Made by a program: the position numbers and the translations under genes. Below, piece after piece: positions 31,515-38,634 of a stretch of DNA of 64,000 bases; within the stretch, counting starts at the first letter, position 1, and each line of letters begins with the position of its first letter. The stretch covers positions 46,838-110,837 of the forward strand of contig JBAZBK010000010.1 of assembly GCA_041671505.1 (NCBI GenBank), read 5' to 3'. This stretch comes from Thermoanaerobaculia bacterium (lineage in GTDB: Bacteria > Acidobacteriota > Thermoanaerobaculia > Gp7-AA8). The notes beneath the pieces were generated by a model that was given only the letters and a program-made list of their open reading frames with translations, made no database searches and was not told the origin of the DNA.

Positions 31515-31632
31515 CCTGAAGAACCTGAAGTTAGAACGTAGAACGGTGAATTGAGAACCCAGAAAGGGGGACCGGGCGCCTCCTTCTTTCTGGGTTCTCA
31601 ATTCAACATTCTGCGTTCTAACTTCGGCCTTT
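31515..31632. repeat. Foldback hairpin, subtype E copy 1 (xxxxGAA heptads)
   Basis: cctgaagttagaacgtagaacggtgaattgagaacccagaaagg ... ccttctttctgggttctcaattcaacattctgcgttctaacttcgg. Copies also at 41018-41122 and 62415-62513. Confidence 0.55.
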
Positions 31633-31720
31633 GACCAGACGCTGTCGTCGCCACGCCCGTACCCTCAACAGTGGCCGAACCGGCCCGATTGGTCTAAACT
31701 GCATCAAAGATTGCACTTGG

Positions 31721-32974
31721 ATGGCAAAGATCTCGTTTTTTGGTGTTGACGGGGAGGAGAAGAGCTACACGCTGCATCCGCAGCTGACGCTCCGAGTAGG
31801 ACGAGATCCCGGCAACGATGTCGTACTTCGCGACCCGAAGGTTTCGCGAAGGCACGTGGAGATTGTGTTCGAGCGCGGTTTCTTCGTACTCCACGACCTC
31901 CAGAGCGCGAACGGCACCTACGTCAACGGAATCCGCGTCAACGTCGCCCCGCTCACGAACGGCGCCGAGCTCAAGCTCGGAGGCAGCCACGCTCGTTTCA
32001 TCGACGAAGCGGAGGTGCCGGCGCACCGGGCGACGGCACCCGCGGCCGAGCCCGCAGCACCAGTCCGGCGGCAGACCGCCGAGATTCCCCCGGAGCAGCT
32101 CGAAGGGACGTTTCCGCACGACAAGGCGAGCAACCGCGCGGCTGCGCCCGTGGCGGGGCCGACCTCGAAGGAGCCTCGCGTCCGGGACGACACCGCGCTC
32201 ATCGAAGAGCAGCAGGACGACACGCCGATCCCCGACAAGAAGCGCGAGTCGCTCGACGCCGACGCCCTCGCGGGCGCGAAGCTCGACGTCGAAGCCGACG
32301 TGCCGTGGGGCGAGGTCGTCTCGGTCCGCGACCAGGGCTCGGTGGCGCGCTTTCACTACCGCAGGATCTTCAACGTCGTGGCGATCGTCGCCGCGATCAT
32401 CGCGAGCCTCGTCCTCTTCGCCGGCAGCATCGTGGCGGCATTCCTCGCGGTCGAAAAGCAGTCACTGCTCGCCGCGATCGCCGTCACGCTCACGCTCCTC
32501 TTCACCGGAGGGATCCTCCTTCTCGTTCCGAAGCGCCACGTCCTCATCTTCGGCGACGAGGCGCTCTCGCAGCTCGCGCTCGCGATCAGCGAGGAGTCGA
32601 TCTTCGGCCTTCCGATCGTGACGTTTCGCGTTCGCCTCGCCGACGGCTCGACCGTCGGCTACCTGACGAAGAACGCGCTCGTCGGCATCGTGAAGCGCCG
32701 CTGGAACTTTCTCGACCCCGATCGCCGCGAGGTCGGCTTCGCGCTCGAGCAGGGCGTCGGCCGTCCGATCCTCCGGAAGCTCCTCGGTGATTTCTTCGGC
32801 CTCCTGACGACCGACTACGCGCTGCTGCTCCCCGGCGGCGTTCGCTGCGGCACGTATCGCCGTCGGCAGCCCCCCGGCACCGCGCGGCGCATCGAGCTCC
32901 CGTCGAGCCGCCCCGACCCGCGCCTCGCCCTCGCCTTCGCGCTCCTCGTCGACTCGCTCGAGAAGTCGCGTTAG
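31721..32974 (+). CDS. FHA-domain membrane protein with a C-terminal Tubby-C/scramblase-like (LURP-one-related) domain
   Basis: N-terminal FHA domain (TLRVGRDPGNDVVLRDPKVSRRHVEIVFERGFFVLHDLQSANGTYVNG), a disordered linker, 2 TM helices, then ...FRVRLADGSTVGYLTKNALVGIVKRRWNFLDPDRREVGFALEQ... Start at ATG 31721 (MAKISFFG). Confidence 0.6.
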   Translation: MAKISFFGVDGEEKSYTLHPQLTLRVGRDPGNDVVLRDPKVSRRHVEIVFERGFFVLHDLQSANGTYVNGIRVNVAPLTNGAELKLGGSHARFIDEAEVPAHRATAPAAEPAAPVRRQTAEIPPEQLEGTFPHDKASNRAAAPVAGPTSKEPRVRDDTALIEEQQDDTPIPDKKRESLDADALAGAKLDVEADVPWGEVVSVRDQGSVARFHYRRIFNVVAIVAAIIASLVLFAGSIVAAFLAVEKQSLLAAIAVTLTLLFTGGILLLVPKRHVLIFGDEALSQLALAISEESIFGLPIVTFRVRLADGSTVGYLTKNALVGIVKRRWNFLDPDRREVGFALEQGVGRPILRKLLGDFFGLLTTDYALLLPGGVRCGTYRRRQPPGTARRIELPSSRPDPRLALAFALLVDSLEKSR

Positions 32975-32999
32975 GGCGGAGCGCGCCACGTGGTGCGAT

Positions 33000-33148
33000 G
33001 TCATCCCGAGCCCGCGAAGCGGGAGAGGGATCTGCTAACGACCAAGCTGACCGATTCCTCAACCACGAGTCGTGGCATGTGGCACGATCCATCGCCGCGG
33101 AGGCCGCCATTCACCTGTCGGCAGATTCCTCGCTGCGCTCGGAATGAC
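33000..33148. mobile_element. MITE-like palindromic element, copy M2
   Basis: gtcatcccgagcccgcgaagcgggagagggatctgc...gcagattcctcgctgcgctcggaatgac, between the convergent FHA gene and the spoIID-like gene. Confidence 0.5.
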
Positions 33149-33176
33149 CTGCTCTCGCCTGCGCCCGCCCCGCCGC

Positions 33177-35417
33177 CTAACGCGCCGCCAGCGACCCCAT
33201 CGGCACGATCGCCACGCCGCTGTAGTAGTTCTTCAGTATCGCGTCCGCCTTCGCGCCGCGCAGCGCCATTCCCTGCGAGCCGTTCTGACAGAAGCCGACC
33301 CCGTGGCCCCACCCCTTCCCGAGGAATGTGTAGCGGATGACGCCGTCGGCCCCCGTCAGCCTGTCGAAGACGAAAAGGTTGTCGGGGATGCCTAACGACC
33401 AGCGGATCGGCAGCCCTTCGAGCTTGAACGTCCGCCCCCCCTCCGCCTCGATCTCCACCGCGGTCGCCCGCTGCGACGCGTCGCGGCCGAGAATGCGGAT
33501 CGCGTGGAGCTCGCTGATCGGGTTGCGCCTGCTGATCGACGCGACGAGCTCGTCCGCGGTGAACGTCCTCACCCAGCTCGAGAACGACGAGCGGTTGTCG
33601 AACGCCGCGCCGTCGAAGTTCTCCTGCAGCACCACGCCGACGACCGCGTCGCCCCGGCGGAACAGCGTCGCCCGGTCGCCCGGCTGCGCCACGAGCTCCC
33701 GCTCCTCGCGGAAGCGGTCGTTCAGCTTGCGGAAGAGCGGCGTCCCCGGCGCGAAAATCGCGTTGACCTCGCTGTCCTTGCTCTTCACGACGACGAGCCG
33801 TCCGTCGCCGCGGACGAGGTTTCCGTTGAATTCGTTGAAGATCCCCATGTTGCGAAGCCAGCCGTAGAGCAGCGAGAACAGCTCGTCGCGCGTCATCGCG
33901 GCATCGAGGTCGCGCAGGTCGAGCCCGAGCAGCGAGGACGCCTCGAACTTCACCGCGACCGCCGCGACTCGCGCCGCGCGACCATCCTCGACTCCCGGCA
34001 TCAGGTAGCGGAGATCCTCGTCGAGCAGCAGCACCCGCGCCGCCTCGTCGAGTCCCCAGACCTCGCCGAGGTATTCGAGCACGTCGCGGCGCCGGCTCGA
34101 CTTCGGCGGCTTCGAGGAGCGCGGCGTGATTCCCGCGAGCGATCCGGCGGCCGAGACCGCCCTCGCGATCTGCGACGCGCTCCAGGCGGCGTTGACGTCG
34201 TCACCCTTCATCGCCACGGCACGCATCACCGCCGCGCGCATCCCGCTCTCGTCGGTCACCGCGCCGGTCTGCCGACCTTCGAAGTTCGCCGCCTCGAGCT
34301 CCACGCAGCGCGCGCGCTTGAGGTACGGCTCGCTGCGGCCGGGAAACATCACGCCGACGTCGGAGGTCTCGCCGCCGCAGGTCGAGGTGTAGAGCGCGTC
34401 GATCGGCTTGCCGTCGTACGTGATCACGAGCCCTGCCGTTTCCTTGACGGCGCGGTCGGAGAGCGGATGCTCGGTCGACTTCCCGCCGTAGACCTGGCAG
34501 CTCGGCGTCGCGCAGATATCGAACCCTTCCGTCGCGTACTCGCCGCGCCGGCTGACGACGTAGGTGCGCGCCGCGATCGCCTGCGCCTTCAGCGCCTCGA
34601 CCTGGTCGAAGATGTTCGGCCCCATCTCGTTAGGCACGACGCCCCGGACGTAGTCCTCGAGGTTGAGCTCGTTGACGAGGTTCAGCGTGCCGCGCGTGTT
34701 GAGGAAGACGCGCGCGCCGCCGCGGTACTGCTTGCCGGCGATCGCGATCCCCTCCGCCTCGCGAGGCACGACGAGGAGCGAGCCGGTATCGAACGAATGC
34801 TCATCGCCTTCGTCGTCGACGAGGCGGAGCCGCTGCACGAAGGGCTGCGACGACGGGCGCCGCACCGCGAAGATCTCCTTCGGCCACCCCTTCGCGATGA
34901 GGTCGGAGCGCGTCGGCTGCGACGACGGCTCGTCGGCGAAGTCGCCGGCGAGAACCTTGTAGCTCGCCACCGCCGTGTCGAAGACGAGGTCGGCGCGGAG
35001 CCCGGTCTCTTTTCTCACGCGCTCGGCGAGGCGCTCGGCGCTCGCCTTGTCGGAGATCGCGCCGACCTGGATCGCGTAGACGACGCGCGACGACGCGAGC
35101 GGCGCGTGGACCGTGAAGCCGCGGACGATCGTCCAGGTCGCGGCTCCCGACCTCACCTCGTATCCGCCGTCGACTCGCGCGAACGACGCAGTCGCGAGAT
35201 CGCTCGCGAGCCCCACGCGTACGACCGGCTCGACGAGCGGCGCCGACGGTGTCGCCTCCTTCCGGAGCGCGTTAGGGTGCCGCACGTGCGGCTCCTCGCG
35301 CGCCGGTGCCGGCGCGGGAGCGGGCCTGGTCGCGACGGGAGCGGGCGCGGTCGCGCAGGAGAGCGCGAGCGTCGCGGCGAGCGCAGCGAGGGCGTTCGAG
35401 AGTCGCAGCGTGATCAT
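33177..35417 (-). CDS. SpoIID/LytB-domain protein (peptidoglycan lytic transglycosylase/amidase enhancer family), secreted/lipoprotein
   Basis: SpoIID signature ...NLEDYVRGVVPNEMGPNIFDQVEALKAQAIAARTY...CATPSCQVYGG...TSTCGG... Start at ATG 35417 (MITLRLSNALAALAATLALSC, lipobox-like). The ORF in the track is over-extended. Confidence 0.75.
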   Translation of the reverse strand: MITLRLSNALAALAATLALSCATAPAPVATRPAPAPAPAREEPHVRHPNALRKEATPSAPLVEPVVRVGLASDLATASFARVDGGYEVRSGAATWTIVRGFTVHAPLASSRVVYAIQVGAISDKASAERLAERVRKETGLRADLVFDTAVASYKVLAGDFADEPSSQPTRSDLIAKGWPKEIFAVRRPSSQPFVQRLRLVDDEGDEHSFDTGSLLVVPREAEGIAIAGKQYRGGARVFLNTRGTLNLVNELNLEDYVRGVVPNEMGPNIFDQVEALKAQAIAARTYVVSRRGEYATEGFDICATPSCQVYGGKSTEHPLSDRAVKETAGLVITYDGKPIDALYTSTCGGETSDVGVMFPGRSEPYLKRARCVELEAANFEGRQTGAVTDESGMRAAVMRAVAMKGDDVNAAWSASQIARAVSAAGSLAGITPRSSKPPKSSRRRDVLEYLGEVWGLDEAARVLLLDEDLRYLMPGVEDGRAARVAAVAVKFEASSLLGLDLRDLDAAMTRDELFSLLYGWLRNMGIFNEFNGNLVRGDGRLVVVKSKDSEVNAIFAPGTPLFRKLNDRFREERELVAQPGDRATLFRRGDAVVGVVLQENFDGAAFDNRSSFSSWVRTFTADELVASISRRNPISELHAIRILGRDASQRATAVEIEAEGGRTFKLEGLPIRWSLGIPDNLFVFDRLTGADGVIRYTFLGKGWGHGVGFCQNGSQGMALRGAKADAILKNYYSGVAIVPMGSLAAR

Positions 35418-36616
35418 GCCGGAAAGAAGAGCTCCGCGAGACGCTTGATCCCCTCGCGCATCCTGTCGTCGGTTTCCTTCGCGAACGTTAGGCGCATCGT
35501 GTTGGCGCCCGAGCCGTCGACGAAGAAGGCGCCGCCCGGGACGAACGCGACGCCGCGCTCGACCGCGCGCGGCATCAGCTCGGCCGTGTCGCGCCCGTCG
35601 TCGAGCGTCACGAAGGTGAAGAGACCTCCACTCGACTTCGTCCACGTCGCGTGTCCCGTGAAGTGCCTGTCGAGCGCGCCGAGCAGTGTGTCGCGGCGGT
35701 CGCGGTAGAACGCGCGCACCGAGGCGATCTGGCCGGGAAGCTCGCCCGCGGCGCAGAATGCCGCGATGATCGACTCGTCGAGCATCGCCGAGCAGAGATC
35801 GGCCGACTCCTTCGTCAGCTCGAATTGCCTGACGAGCTTCGGCTCGCCGACGACCCATCCCGTGCGCAGCCCGGGCGAGAGAACCTTCGAGAACGAGCCG
35901 AGGTAGATGACCCGCTGCTCGTCGTCGTGCGTCTTGATCGGCGTCGTGTCGACGCCGTCGGCGAAACAGAGCTCGCCGTACGGATCGTCCTCGACGACGA
36001 GGAAGTCGTAACGTGCGGCGATCTCGAGCACCGCGCGTCGCCGCTCTGCGGCGAGCACGCGCCCCGAGGGATTCTGAAAGTTAGGGATCGTGTAGAGGAA
36101 CTTGACCTTGCGCCCCTCAGCCTTCATCCGCTTCGCCGCCTCCTCGAGCGCGGCGGGAACGATGCCGTCGTCGTCCTGCGCCACGCCGACGAGCTCGGCG
36201 CGCCGCGCGTAGAAGGCGCCGGCGCCGCCGATGTAGGTCGGCAGCTCGACGAGCACGACGTCGCCCGGGTCGAGCAGCGTCGCCGCCACGAGATAGAGCG
36301 CCTGCTGCGATCCGGTCGTCATCAGCAGCTGCGTCGCCGGGTCGCACGCGAAGCCGCGCTCGCGGCAGATCGCGGCAACCGAATCGCGCAGTGCTGGAAG
36401 CCCCCGCGTCGGGCCGTACTGCAGCGAGACCGCCGCGTTGTCGCGGACGACCTTCTCCGCGAAGTGCGCGATCCGCGCCGCCGGGAAGGTCGCCGGGCTC
36501 GGCGCGCCTCCGGCGAACGAGATGATCGCCGGATCGTTCATCATCGCCGCGAACTTCCTGATCGCCGACGGCCGCAGATTCCGCGCGTCGGCAGAGAAGA
36601 GAGCCTCACTCTGCAC
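35414..36616 (-). CDS. PLP-dependent aminotransferase, class I/II
   Basis: ...SFSKVLSPGLRTGW... (PLP-Lys context) and an N-terminal substrate-recognition region. 400 aa. 4-nt overlap with the downstream gene. Confidence 0.75.
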   Translation of the reverse strand: MQSEALFSADARNLRPSAIRKFAAMMNDPAIISFAGGAPSPATFPAARIAHFAEKVVRDNAAVSLQYGPTRGLPALRDSVAAICRERGFACDPATQLLMTTGSQQALYLVAATLLDPGDVVLVELPTYIGGAGAFYARRAELVGVAQDDDGIVPAALEEAAKRMKAEGRKVKFLYTIPNFQNPSGRVLAAERRRAVLEIAARYDFLVVEDDPYGELCFADGVDTTPIKTHDDEQRVIYLGSFSKVLSPGLRTGWVVGEPKLVRQFELTKESADLCSAMLDESIIAAFCAAGELPGQIASVRAFYRDRRDTLLGALDRHFTGHATWTKSSGGLFTFVTLDDGRDTAELMPRAVERGVAFVPGGAFFVDGSGANTMRLTFAKETDDRMREGIKRLAELFFPA

Positions 36617-37577
36617 GCTTGCCTCCGACGGGCCGCAGAGGGCCCTCGTGAACGACGATCGCGAAGCACGATGCCAGACAGAGGCCGAGGACCGAGCTCG
36701 CGAGAGAGCTTACGAATGTGAAGGCGATGCGGAGCGGAAGGACGAGGAGGTCGCCTCCCGGCATCAGCCCCGCCGAGTCAAAGGCGAGCCCCATCGTCGA
36801 CGATACGGTCGACACGCCGATCGATGCCGCCATGAAGATGAGCATCACGATGATCACCGTCGCGAGCCGCGCGCGGATCAGGTCGCCAGCCGCCGAGCTC
36901 GACTCGACCGCGCCGCGCGGCGTCCCGACGCAGATCGTGATCGCGATCTGCGCCCACACTCCCGCGACGATGGCGATCACGATGCCGACGAAGAGCACGA
37001 CGATCAGCCCGCAGCACGCCACCACGAGCGCCGCCGCGTTCTGGCCGATCAGCAGCATGAGCGCGAGGATCAGGACGAGCGGCACCAGCAGGAAGAGCCC
37101 CGCGACGCTCCAGACGATGTTGTAGACCCAGAAGACGCGCCAGCCGCGCGAGACGGCGTGGTCGATCACCTGCTGCAGCCGGAAGCGCTCCCATCCTTCG
37201 CGCCAGCTCCACGTCTCGCCGCGCCTCTCGTGATCCACGAACACGCCGGTCACGCCCGCCTGGAAGTACGAGTGGATGAGGCCGACGATGCCGAAGAGGA
37301 CGAAGACGACGAGCCCGATCACCGCCACGGCCGCCGAGTTCGCGACGAACCACCCCGCGGCAGCCTCGGCGATCGCCTCGGGATTGCTCCCCGGCGACCC
37401 AATGTCGCGGATCGCGTCCCAGTCGACCGAGAGCCCGACCGCGGCGATCGCGGCGACCACGCCGCCTAACATCACGATCACCAGGACCACCAGCTCGGCG
37501 AACTGCACGAAAAGGAGCGGCCAGTTCGCCAGCGTGGAGGCGACCCCGCGCCTGATGATGGTGAACGGATCGGTCAC
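36606..37577 (-). CDS. Polytopic membrane protein (GP-PDE-membrane-domain-like, unknown function)
   Basis: About 7 TM helices. Start is 2 nt downstream of the dnaC-like stop. Confidence 0.45.
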   Translation of the reverse strand: MTDPFTIIRRGVASTLANWPLLFVQFAELVVLVIVMLGGVVAAIAAVGLSVDWDAIRDIGSPGSNPEAIAEAAAGWFVANSAAVAVIGLVVFVLFGIVGLIHSYFQAGVTGVFVDHERRGETWSWREGWERFRLQQVIDHAVSRGWRVFWVYNIVWSVAGLFLLVPLVLILALMLLIGQNAAALVVACCGLIVVLFVGIVIAIVAGVWAQIAITICVGTPRGAVESSSAAGDLIRARLATVIIVMLIFMAASIGVSTVSSTMGLAFDSAGLMPGGDLLVLPLRIAFTFVSSLASSVLGLCLASCFAIVVHEGPLRPVGGKRAE

Positions 37578-37578
37578 C

Positions 37579-38298
37579 CTACACCCACTTGCCCGATACG
37601 TTCCTGCGGTAGTCGTCGGCGTCGACCACGACCCGCTCCGCCATCTCGAAGAGCCTGCTACGGAGCCGCTTGCCGATCCGCGTCTCGAGCGACTCTTCCT
37701 TCGGGTCGCGCGGCTCGTCGAGGTAGTTCGTCGTGAAGATCGTCGTCCGCTGCTCGTTGTAGCGCGTGTTGATGATGTAGTAGAGCATGTCCTGCACGAA
37801 GAGCGTCGGCTTCTGCGAGCCGAGCTCGTCGAGCACGAGCAGGTCGGCCGTCAGGATCGGCTCGAGGATCTCCGAGCGGCTCGGCGCGTGGTCCGAGTCG
37901 ATCGACGCGAGAATCTCCTGGATGAGATCCTGGAAGTTCGAAAAGAGAAGCCGCCCCGGCTTCCCTTGCGCAATGATCTCGAGAAGCGCCGCCACGGCGA
38001 GGTGCGTCTTCCCCGAGCCGCACGGCCCCATGAGCAGCAGTCCCCGCTCGGCCATCGGCCACTCGTCGACGAGCCGCGCGATGCGGCGCTTCGCCGAGGC
38101 GAGGGACGGGTTGTTCCGTTCGTGAAATCCCGCGAGCGTGCAGTGCGGCTTGTAGCGCGCGGGGATCTGCGCGTTCTCCCGCTTGAGCGTCCGCCTCATG
38201 TCGGACTGGCAGTTGCAGGGACGCACGTTGAACGTCCCCGGCTCGGGAACCCATCCGGAACCGTTGCAAACCTCGCAGGTCGTCACCACCGTGTCCAC
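37579..38298 (-). CDS. DnaC/DnaI/IstB-family AAA+ ATPase with N-terminal zinc-ribbon
   Basis: N-terminus CEVCNGSGW...PCNCQ (Cys4), Walker A LLLMGPCGSGKTHLAVA, Walker B LLVLDELG, and sensor/arginine finger residues. Confidence 0.7.
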   Translation of the reverse strand: MDTVVTTCEVCNGSGWVPEPGTFNVRPCNCQSDMRRTLKRENAQIPARYKPHCTLAGFHERNNPSLASAKRRIARLVDEWPMAERGLLLMGPCGSGKTHLAVAALLEIIAQGKPGRLLFSNFQDLIQEILASIDSDHAPSRSEILEPILTADLLVLDELGSQKPTLFVQDMLYYIINTRYNEQRTTIFTTNYLDEPRDPKEESLETRIGKRLRSRLFEMAERVVVDADDYRRNVSGKWV

Positions 38299-38336
38299 GG
38301 CCGGATGATACCACCCGCGCGCGGGGCCTCGAGGGG

Positions 38337-38590
38337 GCGGGCGGGGCAGGAAATGTGGAATCCGGAATGCGGTCCGCGGAACGAAAACCGAAATGTAGAA
38401 TGTCGAATGTTGAATGGAGAATGTAGAAAGGGGATTCGAAGACTGGGACCGGAGATTGGGAACGCACGCCGATAGCCGTGGACGCTGACTATTTCAACCG
38501 CGCGAGCGCTTCTCCATTCGACATTCTTCATTCGACATTCTTCATTTCGGTTTTCGTTCGCACTCTGCATCCCGCATTCCGCACGCCGCC
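38337..38590. repeat. 254-bp foldback element with xxGAATG heptad arms (subtype C)
   Basis: Left arm ggcggggcaggaaatgtggaatccggaatgcggtccgcggaacgaaaaccgaaatgtagaatgtcgaatgttgaatggagaatgtagaaagggg. The right arm is its imperfect reverse complement (...cttctccattcgacattcttcattcgacattcttcatttcggttttcgttcgcactctgcatcccgcattccgcacgccgcc). It fills almost the whole 336-bp divergent intergenic region. Confidence 0.55.
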
Positions 38591-38634
38591 ACCCCGCCCC
38601 CCCGGCGCTATACTCCTCCCTCACCACGTCCGCC

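Noticed and set aside
33504-35708. 734-aa plus-strand ORF
   Set aside because: Antisense to the SpoIID-like gene and the aminotransferase. No motifs.
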